Of a stretch of 64,000 nucleotides of DNA, positions 37,960 to 49,961 are shown in pieces. Numbering within the stretch: position 1 is the stretch's first letter; each line of letters begins with the position of its first letter. The stretch spans positions 208,258,001-208,322,000 of the forward strand of contig CM097885.1 in assembly GCA_044892525.1 (NCBI GenBank), given 5' to 3'. The notes beneath the pieces are model-generated. The model was not told the origin of the DNA, did no database searches, and saw nothing but the letters and a program-made list of their open reading frames with translations. The stretch comes from Schmidtea polychroa (lineage: Eukaryota). The position numbers and the translations under genes are program-made.

Positions 37960-40900
37960 ACTAAAAAATCGACCGTTGGTTACTCTGATTCCACGTGTCC
38001 CAAAAATCGATAAACACAAACTCCCAACGTATATTTGTTTTATAGCAAATTTACAATTCTCAATAAATGATTACAACTTTTAGTTAAACACGATTTTGCT
38101 CTCGATTTCCGATCGAACTTCGCTCTGGAAAGTCTCGTCCTTGTGCGATTAAAAAATAAGTTTCACCTTTTTATTTGATTCCACTCTCTAATCCGAAATC
38201 TTTTAATACTCCTTTATAACTCTTCAGTTCCTCTTATAATTCTTTTTTTCTTGACTTTGTTCCTCTAATTCTTATTGTCAGTTTCTTCTTCCCTACCTAG
38301 GGCCACTGCCGATTATCTGAATTTAGAGTTTCCTTATATACTCCCATAATTGTTGTAATTGCCCCATGCAGGGCCGCGCCAAGCGGGGGTGCTGGGGAGG
38401 CCTGCACATGAGCACCACGTCTTAGGGGCGGCGTGCGCCAAATGTACATTCGAGCGCGCGTGAAATCATAAATTAACATTTTAGGCACCCACTTTAGTGG
38501 AAAATATATTCGGTCAATAAAATGTGCAAACTTTTTGTAAATTTGAGTAAATTGAAATTCAAAATGCAATACGAATTAAATTTACTACATCATGTTAAAA
38601 ATAATAGGTTTGCAATTACCACTTCGTCCGCGCTACGATATGATAATACAATGGACCGTGGGAACAGGAACTGCATCCGCGCCAGAGTAGGAGGGGGTTT
38701 GATGCTGAAATTTAGGACGCAAGTGTTAGTGCGCATTTAATAATGTAATTGGACTAGTCCAGTCTAGCATTTATAGTTAGGTATAAGTGAATTGTGTTTT
38801 GTGAATTCTAAAAATGTAAGTACCTACAATTTTCTACATTGTCTTTTACATTGCTGTATTTATAAATAATCATTAGTATTTACTTCTATCATTTTGGTCA
38901 TAAGAAATTCACCTTACAATTGCATATCAAAAAATGCTGATCAGTTTAGTTTTAGATTCTGTGGATTTTTTTAGATCAAAGTTGGAATTTTTAATTCATG
39001 TAGGTTTGTCTAGTTTTGACCGAAAAGAAGGGTTGATCGAATAAAATTCCCACTGTAATCCTAAAACCTCTACAATTAAGTAGTTTTTGGTGATTTAACT
39101 GCATTTCTTTATGGATTAAAATAATTGAACCGTATTTTAAAATTAATTTATTGAAAAAGTCTTGTAATTATGGTTTTGTACAACAAATTTTTAGTAAATA
39201 AAATTAAAATGCCTAAACTAAAACAATTGTTTTACTATTTTTTTTAGATGTCTGAGAAAAGAAAGAAGTTATCGGGTGCAGCATATAGGAAACGAAAACT
39301 TGAAAAAGAAGAAATCAAGATAGTATGTACTTATCACGCTTTTTTCAACCAGTTCCTTCCTCAAGTAATTCAACGCCTGCTGAATCTGAAGAGAAATCGT
39401 CAAATTTTTCTGGGAATGACAGAGGAGGAAGCAGTTTGTCATCTACATCAATGGAAATGGAGGAAATATCTTCACAATTGGATATCGAGGTATCAAGGAA
39501 GATCAGGAACCAGAATCTATTTCTGGCAAAAATAAAAGTAAAGACGTCTCAAATATAATTCAATTAGATTTAGATGATCCAGGTCTATGGCCTGAACTAA
39601 CAGACGAAGTAAGAATGTTATTAATAGCAATAGGACCAAAACAAATTAAAAACTTTAACTTTCCAATAAATGATAAAAGATCTTTTGCGGAGAATTACTA
39701 CATTAAAACTTTAAGTAATGGAGAAAAAATCAATAGGAATTGGCTAGTTTATTCTATATCCAAAAATTTAGTATACTGTTTTTATTGTAAATTATTTACA
39801 AATAATGATAACGCATTTAATAATGAAAATATGTATTGTGATTGGAGACACTTATCACAAGCCATAGAGCCATTTGATTAGTTTTAAATCTGTTATTGAT
39901 TTAAATAAATTAACAAATAAAAATAAAACTATTGATTCAATGAAAAATTAATTAATTTAGAAAAAGAGATGGTGATTAGTCATAGAACGAATTATTCATG
40001 GTGTTCAGTATTTAGCGTGACAAAACTTAGGGACATTTAGAGGAACAGTTAACAAATTTTACGATGCCCATAATGGGAACTTTTAAAATTAATGGAAACA
40101 TTTGCTCAATTTGATGGTGTCATGGCTGAACATTTAAACCGCGTTCAAAATAATGAAAATAAAATACCACATTACCTTGGTGAAAAAATTCAAAATGAGT
40201 TAATATTTTTAATAGGAAGAAAAATTAAAACAGAAATAATTACTTCACTAAAATTGTGCAAATATTATGCATTTATTAGATTGCACTCTCGATATTATCC
40301 ACCAGGAACAAATAACTATTATTGTGCGATTTGTTCATTTAAATGGTGTTAACAAAAAAATTGAAATTAGAGAACATTTTTTAGGCTTTTGCCCTATATT
40401 AGACTCTACAGGAGAAGGTCTAACCAGATTTGTAATAGACTTTTTTAATCAAGAAAATATTAGCATTTACGATATGCGTGGTCAAGGCTACGATAACGGA
40501 GCTAATATGAAGGGAAAACATATTGGTCTCCAAAAAATAATTTTAGATTTAAATTCAAGAGCTTTCTACGTGCAATGTGCTAGTCTAAATTTAGTAGTGA
40601 ATGATGCCGCTAAGGCGTCTCTTGAAATTACAAACTTTTTTTCTTTAATTCAAGAAATTTATCTGTTCTTTTCTTCATCAACTCATCGTTGGCACATTTT
40701 AATGAAAGAGTGTCCTTATATGACCGTTAAACCAGTGCCTGAAACAAGGTGGGAAAGTAGAATCGACGCTATAAAAGTTTTAAGGTATAATTTGGAATCA
40801 ATTTATGACCATTATTTGCTTTATTTAATGATTCATCTAGAGATGCTAATACCAAAAATATGGCTAAATCTCTCATAAAAAAAATTAAGTCATACAAATT

Positions 40901-41300
40901 TATATGTTCTATAATTATTTGGTATAACATATTATTTAATGTAAATGTTGTAAGCAAATTCTTGCAAAAAAGTGATTTGGTTATGCCAACTGCAATTGAA
41001 ATGCTGAATTTGCTTAAGATTTTTTTTACTTATTTGGGGAGGGGGCGGCAAATTTTGGCCCCATGTTTGACCTAATTAGTTTTGACTTCCTTAGTTATCA
41101 TTCTCTAATTAGTGGTTACAGGTAGTATTGACCAAATATTTTCCATTGTTTTTGGAGTTAGAAAGAAAGGAAATGGAGATCGGTCGAGTTTCTAAAAAGG
41201 TTTCCATTAGAAAATATTGCTTATAAAATTAACGTTGATTTATCAACAATTGGTAATGGAAATATATTGAATATTTAATTGTAGTGTAAGAAATGAATTT
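37960..41300 (-). mobile_element. LTR-like unit (homologue of 5062-5761) split by a hAT insertion
   Basis: 37960-38368 is the reverse complement of ~5370-5730, and 41058 onward continues as the reverse complement of ~5320-5365. Confidence 0.8.
38369..41057 (+). mobile_element. hAT (Tip100/Blackjack-like) transposon with frameshifted transposase
   Basis: Left TIR CAGGGCCGCGCC; 8-bp GCCCCATG at 38361-38368 and 41058-41065. Transposase motifs NGEKINRNWLVYS..VYCFYCKLF, GNFLKL..FD, DCTLDIIHQEQITIIVRFV, RGQGYDNGANMKG, FFSSSTHRW, ETRWESR. Confidence 0.93.
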
Positions 41301-42229
41301 TTAAAATATTAGATAAAGGAAAAAATAATCAGACAATAATCCTAAATTTAGATATAATATATAAATAAATTATTAATAATATTATTTTGGTTTAGTTTTT
41401 GTTTAGTTATTTGGCAGACTTTTCAAAAATCCTCTAAGATAACTTTTTGATAAATTGTTTTCAATTTCACATTTTCACTTATATTTTGTTTATTCGATAG
41501 TTAATATTCCTTCAATGCGTATATCAGTTTTTATTATTCAACGATGAACGAATTGGATGAACACAATTTTGAAATGATGAAGAAAGTGCAAATAACACAT
41601 CGTGCATAAGCGCAAGATTAAGAAAATGATTTTGAAGAAATGCGTTATATAAGTTAATTGTACAAACATTATCTTTTTGATCTTTTCTTATTATTACTAC
41701 ACAACTGAAAATGTAGACAAACAAAAGTTAAATTTTTTTATTTGTTCGTTAAGATACTTTAATATTTTTTTCGAGTTCCTTTTAATTTATTTGTAATTGG
41801 CTTAAAAGTGAGTACAAGTTATACATGAAAATATTGAAATTATTTAATCTTTGGATTTCAGAAATATCTGAAATTTATTCAAGAAACAAGATGTCATTTT
41901 TTTAATTTAGATCTAGGAAAATGGGTTTATGGCTTGACTATGCAGTTGGACTTCAACCCGGCGCGCACCAGGGATCTCGTGGGCTTGAGCCACCAGGACC
42001 ATAAAAAATTATTAAATTTATTTTGACGTATGCCAAATTTTAATGAGTGAAATTACCTTAATTATTAACTAGAAACGATTAACTACAAAAGGGTTTACTA
42101 AGTCCTCAGCAAAAGATTTGATAAGTGTATTTGACTGTGTAAAATAAGCGGCACCTTTTGCAGTAAATACAAAGGATTTAACTCCCTTCCTGTCCAAAAT
42201 GAATATAAAAATACTGGTAAGTTACAGGT

Positions 42230-42430
42230 AGTCAAACATTTTACCCTTTCGTTCTGTTTCCAGCGTAACTCAGAATACAATGATAATCCTACCAATTGAT
42301 ACCCGATGAGTGATCATCGTTGGTAATGTATCAAGTGGGTGAGTGCTCGCAAAAAGTAAGCGCACTACTTGCGATATAATTGTCGGGCACTCTTTGGGTC
42401 CACGGACAATAGATAGAAGATATACGTCCG
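42230..42430 (-). ncRNA. Conserved structured module, copy E
   Basis: Minus-strand core TTGATAC-ATTACCAA-CGATGA(TCAC)TCATCG-G-GTATCAA (42334->42296); flanks align with 49205-49400. Confidence 0.7.
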
Positions 42431-42561
42431 ATTTGCTCTGATCCCTTGACTATTGTTTTCCCAAGTTTCATAATTCTTCCGCTCAACCTCATCAAACTAA
42501 CATGCATCACACTAGTATGAAGGCACTACAATTTTATTTACAGGCTAAACATATCACTCGT

Positions 42562-42768
42562 TTATTGTTTGTGAAGGGGTTCGTGTTGCGACGATCCAGG
42601 TTGGACCGGGCGCTCTTGGTCAGCTAACTGTAGTCGCTTTAGCCGTTCTCTTCCATCTCGGCCTAGTCTCTTGCGCTTTGGTTTGGCTGGCTTGTTTGCA
42701 TGAACCTCGGCCAGCTCCGCGGCTACAGGTCGAAACGCTGCAGTGACGTGATCATTTGGGTTAGTCAT
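42562..42768 (-). pseudogene. Family-X-related C-terminal fragment
   Basis: RPVAAELAEV..KPKRKRLGRDGRERLKRLQLA..GSSQ aligns with RPLSVELAAI..KPKRKRLGRNIREKLKKARLA..GSSQ of 48533-49003. The coiled-coil part is missing. Confidence 0.7.
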
Positions 42769-43770
42769 TGTATTCTCTTTCGATTAATAGAGTCACTTGA
42801 TATTTGGTATATTTTAGAGCAAATTAGTAGATGCATGAGAGCAAAAAAAATGTAATTAATATTGCATTTCATTACAAATCTTATTTATCAACATTAATAT
42901 CACATTTTATTACAGGTCTTATTCGTTAATTGGTATAGTTTTACTACCACTGTATTAGAATTTTTTAGGGCATCCGATCTTGTAATTAATCATTTGTTTT
43001 AATTAGTGAAAATTATATCTAACTATACAATCAAATACCGCCAAATTTAAATATATTTTATGGCGAAATAAACATTGTTTCATTGTTATATTTTAAAATG
43101 GTAATTATGAATATATGCGGGGTAAATTGTAATATTAATTTGTAAAATAACCTCAGTATTATTTTAGGAAGACATATATTCGTCCAGTAACTAAAAGTAA
43201 ATGGAAGTGAAATGGACAGATTCAGCGGAGATGCCGAACGCAATCATCAGTCATGCCTCTAGACGTACCGTCAGCTCACTAGTGATTGGAGGTGCCTATG
43301 GTCTGCAATTACATTTTGATTAATAAAACTATTTAGTACGAAGGTTTTAGATCTCTCGTAAGAAATCGGCTACAGAGATTTCGCACATCCAACCGGATTA
43401 TGGAACGATATTCAATGGCGAAACTCGACTTATTTCATTGATCGAAACTATTGAACATCTTTTATTAGTTGCTATAATAAATAGATTTATTCCTCATTTT
43501 TATGTTTTAGTTTATCATATCGGTGTGTTGTTTTTATTCCAATTATAATTAAAATATTTAACACAATAATTAAAACTTCGCTTTAACATATGATATTTCA
43601 CGTTATTCAATCCGATTTTTTTCCCTTTTCGATATTTTCATGTTGTGCGAGATGCTGATCATCATTGTCAGGTTGGAACTTTGACTTGGTTCTGGATCTC
43701 TATTTACGAGTGAACTATGCAATTATATATACAGCTGGATCATATTCTTGTATAATTAGGGTGTTCTTAA

Positions 43771-44491
43771 TGTTGGGCTGATGATCAAAAATAAATAAGA
43801 ATACTCAAATTTATAATTAACAGAAAATAGAGGGAAAAACTGCCTAGAGAAAGAGAACCCAAGAAAATAATAAAAATAATTACCTAACAAAATAGAAAAA
43901 TTAAATAATAAAAAAGATAGCACAGGAAATTAGAATAAAAACATAAAACCTAAAATAACCATAATAATTACGAAAAATCGATAAAAATACGAAAAATTAC
44001 CTAAAAATCGACTAAAGAAAGGAAATTAAGAATAAAAAATAAATTAATAATAAAACCACCGAAAAACATTAAAAAAATATAGATAGAGTAAAAAACAGAA
44101 AAAACCAATAAAATTAAAATATTGCAACCGCGCTGAATTCTGATTGGTCGAAATTTAGTATATAAGAAAAATTAAGCGGTTAGTTTTTAGTTTTTAAATT
44201 TATTCGATAGGATTAGGATCAGCAGCCATACCACTCATTCTAATATCAAGCAAACGAATCAAATAGAATGTAAGGAATTATTTTTAGAATTTGAATGCAC
44301 TATGATGTAAATATTGTTGGGCTGAGTCGAAAACATAATCGCCAAAATGAAGACAGATAGGAGGAGAATAAAATAAAAAATAGGACAACAAATTTTAAAA
44401 TAAACCAATCAAGATATAAAAGAAACAATAAAGTAAGATATAAAGATTAAAACAAAAAATAAAAAATGAGAAAATTAAAATAAGATAATAA
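43771..44491 (+). promoter_or_regulatory. Two stacked, truncated TGTTGGG LTR-like 5' ends (43771, 44315)
   Basis: TGTTGGGCTG starts, A-rich tracts, CTGATTGG at 44140 and TATATAAG at ~44159. Confidence 0.6.
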
Positions 44492-46100
44492 TGTTGGGCT
44501 AGAACTGACTTCTAGACCCAAACTTGAATTGTGACTGAAAGGTGTAGGTACACAACATGCAAAAAAAAAAGTGTAGTTAAATATTAAAATTACATCAAAT
44601 AAACAATATTAATTAAAGGAGAAAACAACAAAAGCATAAACACCGAAATTAAATAAAATCATACCAAAAGCAAGAAGTCATGCAAAATCTAACTCAAAAA
44701 ATGATCAAATAAACATAGAGTTACAAGAAACAAACTCGAATAACTTAAAAGCTGGTAAGAACAGTAAAAAATTCCAGAAAAACCCAGAACATTCCATAAA
44801 AATGGCGATGACCATCATAAAAGCTATCTTAAACAATAAAATTTAGACAAAATCAATAAATTAGTAATAAAAATGAAAATTCGTAAAAAGAAATCCATAA
44901 AACACCAATTAAAATAAAAATTAAATTAAAAGTGAAATAGAATGTTCTGGAACCGTTCCAAATCCATCATGGACGTAAAATTAATGAAAAATAATTAAAG
45001 AATAAAAATATAAAAATAAAAAAAATTATGGCACAAAAATTGCCATTAAAAATATCGAAATTACAAAATAGAAAGTTCTGGAATAAAAAGAATTCGAGTT
45101 TGTTTTAATGCATCAATACATACACGTGTACAAAATAGGTATATATACTGACACGTTTCAGTCACAATCAATCACTATTTTATGCCAATTTTTGCAGAAA
45201 GTATTGCCAACGAAAATAGTAAGAATTGTTGATTTTTTTTTATTGCATTAATGAAGTACTTTTTAAATTAGTTATCATTTTATTTGTTGATTTTTATTAT
45301 ATTAATGAATTATTTTTTTTAATTTATGATTATTTTATGTGTTGATTACATTAATGAATTACCTTTTCAATTTATGAGTATCTTATTTGTTGAGTTTATT
45401 ACATTGGTGAATCACTTTTCAATTTATTATCAATTATGTAGGGGAATCGAAGTAATTGCATTTTTTGATGTCTCTTGCTTTAGATTTTCTCCAGTGATGT
45501 ACGAAGGTTCGACGGCGTACTGGTATTCCTGCGTCGTCGTTCGGTCCTGCATCTAATTTTTATAGCACATGCATTATCAATATTATAGCAATCTAATATT
45601 ATATCATCCTTTTTTGTTCGGGTCTTTCGGGGGTCGAACTACTTCATGGTCCTGCCATGGAGTTAGGTTGAGGAAACCCTCCGTCTGACTCTTTGTATTT
45701 ATGTAAGGTCGACCGTAAATGGTTGACTCAACACACAACACTAAGGTTTGTGGAAGTGGTCACAGTGGGGCCATGGAAGCAATATTCTTCCCGACTTTCA
45801 GTTAATACACATGTAAAATCCACATTCAAAATCACGAACAAAAACTCTACATTAAGGTTCTAAATTGAGTAGAACTCGTACCTAAAATGACACAATCCTG
45901 CACTCACACTCATGTAGCTGGTTGACCCTTAATAGTAATTGTAAGTATACTTAGACAGATGCCGAACTAGAATTTGAAATAAGAATTTACAGTAAAGTAA
46001 TAAAATGAGAAGGATCGTCGGCATGTGTATAAGTATAGTTTAATTTAGATAGGCTAATTAAAGTAAATGTAGATATCATAAATGTAATTCTCCAGAAACA
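44492..46100 (+). repeat. Long LTR-like repeat, inverted copy of 1-2232; 5' part also matches 61673-62401, 62782-63513 and 24670-24750
   Basis: Shared TGTTGGG(C/T)TAGAACTGA.TTCTAGACCC start and GGTATATATAC box; see the 1-2232 feature. Confidence 0.8.
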
Positions 46101-46320
46101 AATTACAAATTGATCAGGAATCCTACTCTAATACATTTGGGTAAATGATAAATGAACAACACGGATAAATCTTAACTATAAAAATAGACCATAAGCAAGT
46201 GTATATAGATCAGAAAATATAAATCTAGTTATGTATGTATATGTTAACTCTAAATAGGTAACCTAGTAAGGATAATAGATAGATTTTTAACCACAAAGAT
46301 ATAAATGTTACATATAATTT

Positions 46321-46710
46321 ATAATTATAAATCCCAAATGGTTATGGGAAAATTTTGTTTTATAATAATGAAGGGGAATCTCTTTAATAATCCCTTTAAT
46401 CTTAGAAATATAAATGATAAAAATGTTATATATAAATTATAATTAGAAATTCCCAAGGGTTATGGTTAACTTTTACCTTATAAGAATGGAAGAATCTCTT
46501 TAATAATCGCTTCAGTATTAGAAACATAGATGATAAAATGTTATATATGAGTTATAATTATAAATTCCCAATAGTTATGGTTAAATTTTACTCTATGAAA
46601 ATGAAAGAATCGCTTTAATAATCTCTTCAACCTTAAAAGCACAAATGATAAAATTATAAATGTTATCTATAAATTATAATTACAAATCCCCAATGGTTAT
46701 GGTTAAAAGT
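46321..46710. repeat. Degenerate minisatellite, ~3.3 x ~118 bp
   Basis: ATAATTA(T/G/C)AAAT(T)CCCAA..GTTATGG recurs at ~46321, 46438, 46554 and 46676. Confidence 0.85.
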
Positions 46711-47960
46711 TATTTGATATAAATTATAAATATAATCTATAAATAGGTATAAATACGAATTATAGATAGTTATATTTAATACTTGGCTATAAATATACAA
46801 AGTACAAATAGCGATAATAACCTGCAACGAAGCATACGACGTTAGAATTAGGGCTATAAAAATCTTGCTAGAGTCATGAATTACAAATTGAAATAATTAT
46901 ATTCATTATTATAACCATCATCATTAGTGTTATTATTACCATTATTATTATTTGTTATTATTATTACTATTATTACTACTATTGTTATCATGGTATTATT
47001 ATTATTATTATTATTGTTACAATTATTATTGTTATCTCTATCAGCAATTATTGCTCACCAAAATCAATATTCCAATCGAAATATCGATTTAAGATTTGCC
47101 CCAAGACAAATTTAGTATCAACCCTTTAGATCCAATAAGAAGGAGCGAAATCCTTAAAAGTTATTTTTAGTAACCCCCCTCTAGAAAATGTTAACACTAT
47201 CTAAGTAAATTGGAGATAGGGGCGGAAGTATATTATCAAAACCTATGAGATACCTATCAAAATCATTAATGAATCGTAATCATATCATTTGTTTACTAGA
47301 GAATCAAACCACTATTACTAAAATACCAAAGATTTCTTTATTATGAATAATAAATTATAAATACAAAACTACTACGAATTCCAAGAGAATTCCTAACGAG
47401 GAGTCGTACGACGATCTCCCAAAGCTAAACTCGTCTATCTCCAGTCAAGAAAAATCATCACCCAGCATTCCTAGAAATGAAAATTTGCGGTAAATAAACA
47501 AATTACCCGAGCTGCTTAAAAGTCGATTGTACCACTCATGACGAGCACGATCAAGGAGAGGTAAGTAAACGAGAACTAAGCTCGCCACTAATACCTATCA
47601 CCCGATGTGCCCGAATTCAGTAGTAATTTACTAATTCCCGGGAATTCGACAAAATTTAACATAAAGATTTTTAAATTACCATCTCGTGGTAAATAAATGA
47701 TAAATAGTGAAATAGTAAGTTTAAACAAATATGACAGTGAGGGAATTTTTTGTTTGTCGAGGTATTCAACATTAATGCTTAATCTAGATAAATGTTTTTT
47801 TTTTATTTTTAATTGATTAAGAATTTTATCGATAAATTAAGTAAAAAATTTCATGTTAAAAGTAGTTACATTACTTATAGTAACTTTGGTAGTTAAAGTA
47901 TTATTTATTTTGGGTATATTTTCCACATTGGTTATGATCGTTAATATTTGTACTACAGAT

Positions 47961-48326
47961 ATGTCCCAATCAGATGAGTTCAGCGATGAAGAAAACCACC
48001 GACAGACGATCACCCGCCTCCGGACCCGTTACATCTGGCACCATATACATCGGTGGGGTCAGGGAAGGGACCTAGATTGTACGGAACGAGTAATCCGGAC
48101 AGGCCCCGAAGTAGATGCCCCGGCATGGGTGAAGGTGGAACCGGAGAATAACCGGCTGCAGGAGGCCCGAGACCAAGCGGCCTGGGAGGTGGAAGCCGCT
48201 CAGATGCGACTCAGGAAGATCGAGTTACAAATCCGGGCGAAAAGAGAAGGAGTGCCCGTGGAGGAGCTAGAGGAGGCCATAGTATTCCCACGAAAGAGAG
48301 GGAGGCCCCGCAAATGCCGAGGGTGA
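47961..48326 (+). CDS. 121-aa protein with coiled coil and C-terminal AT-hook
   Basis: ATG directly after an acceptor-like TACTACAG; GC-rich island; ends PRKRGRPRKCRG (AT-hook core RGRP). Confidence 0.6.
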   Translation: MSQSDEFSDEENHRQTITRLRTRYIWHHIHRWGQGRDLDCTERVIRTGPEVDAPAWVKVEPENNRLQEARDQAAWEVEAAQMRLRKIELQIRAKREGVPVEELEEAIVFPRKRGRPRKCRG

Positions 48327-48532
48327 TCAAGGACCAACTATTGACTTACTATAATTGTGTGTATTGTGACAAATAATCAAAATTGGTTGAGGATCATGTG
48401 TTACTCTTTTTAACAAAATATCTTTTGAATAAATTTCTTATTTAATAGCTCAAGTATCGTGATGCATGATATTGACCTTATTATATTGAACAAGGGGAAT
48501 GCTGCAAGCCAGTAATCGTTGTAATTTATCTA

Positions 48533-49003
48533 GTGATCAAACTATGCGAAAATCTACGAAAGGACAGAGAAGAAGCCCAAAAACAGGCCGAGGAGCTCCG
48601 TATACGAGTGGACAAACTCAAGGGACGGTGCCGTGAACTAGAAAGCACCTGGTTTAGTCCTCAAGATATGAGGAAGAAGTTGACACCGGTCCTCCAATTG
48701 CAGACTCAAAACGCGCAGGATCAGATGGAGATCCGGGCCTTGAAACTCCAACTCCGCGCGTTGGAAACCGAACGCAATGAACAAGCGGTTCACGGAGCCA
48801 CCATAAGTCAAATCCGGCCGTTGTCCGTGGAGTTGGCAGCCATTTACCCTCCGGCCGCGAAAGATAAGCCCAAGAGGAAGCGGCTGGGGAGAAACATTCG
48901 TGAGAAATTAAAGAAGGCCAGACTGGCCGAATACGAAAAGCAAGTGGGCTCCTCGCAAATATCTACGACGGGACTAATCGGCCCCACCAACCGGCCAAGT
49001 TGA
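48533..49003 (+). CDS. Family-X divergent member (start codon uncertain, GTG)
   Basis: Coiled coil RIRVDKLKGRCRELESTWFSPQDMRKKL (compare IDELEGTLFSPAQMKE) and basic KPKRKRLGR; 156 codons open. Confidence 0.65.
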   Translation: MIKLCENLRKDREEAQKQAEELRIRVDKLKGRCRELESTWFSPQDMRKKLTPVLQLQTQNAQDQMEIRALKLQLRALETERNEQAVHGATISQIRPLSVELAAIYPPAAKDKPKRKRLGRNIREKLKKARLAEYEKQVGSSQISTTGLIGPTNRPS

Positions 49004-49204
49004 ACTTCCATTCCTTGATGTGTACTTCTGTAGTGTGTTTATATATCTAGTAGTATTAAAATGATATTTCCTTTGCTTGTTGTTAAAATAATACATGTTC
49101 GGTAGCGTTAAAAATGTCTGATATATTTTATGATTGTGTGAAAAGTGAGAGTTCGCACGTAAGGTTGGGAAAACAATTTTGATAAGGGACCTAAGGAAAT
49201 CGGA

Positions 49205-49340
49205 CACAAACCTTCTAACGGTAGTCCGTGAACCCATGGAGTGCTCGACGATTATAGTGCCTCGAGGCGCTCACTTTTCGCGAGCACTCAACCCTTGGTA
49301 CAGGACCAACGTTGATTACTCAACGGGTACCAAGCGGAAA
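49205..49340 (+). ncRNA. Conserved structured module, copy D
   Basis: Perfect core CTTGGTAC-AGGACCAA-CGTTGA(TTAC)TCAACG-G-GTACCAAG at 49294-49334. Confidence 0.72.
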
Positions 49341-49961
49341 CACTAACGTTGTATTTTGGGTTACGCTGGCAACAGCACTAAAGAACAAAATATTTGATCA
49401 TCAGTAACCCACCAATAAGATAATGAATAAAATGACGAAAAACGCAACAAATAACGAGGAATTTAAGAAACAAATAAAAAATATAAAAAAAATAAAGGAA
49501 AATAAGGAAAACAACCAAAGAAATAAGAAAAACAAATTAATTTAAAAATTAAAGCGGTACTCGATTTTGATTGGTCCGCATAAACGAAAAATGCATATAT
49601 AAGTAAACAGTAAACTCATTATAGTTACTGTTAAACCAAACCATTTACAGGTAAGAAATAATGACAAATAGTTACTGTTAAACCAAACCATTTACAGGTA
49701 CTCGACTATCCAGACAATCACCGGACATTCAGAAAACAGACGACTACTAGGAACAACTATAACTTCGATCTAACACTATAACCGATTTAATTAGCTTTTC
49801 GGCTCAGCCTTTTTGAATCACCGATTTACGAACGATAAGTAAGAATGTGTTTTTATTGTGAAATTGCGTAAATGTTTTTCGAAGTTAAAAATATTTTTAG
49901 TATATCAATTTAACAGATTTTAATAAACCTTCTTCATTCGATCTCACTTTTTAATAATAAT

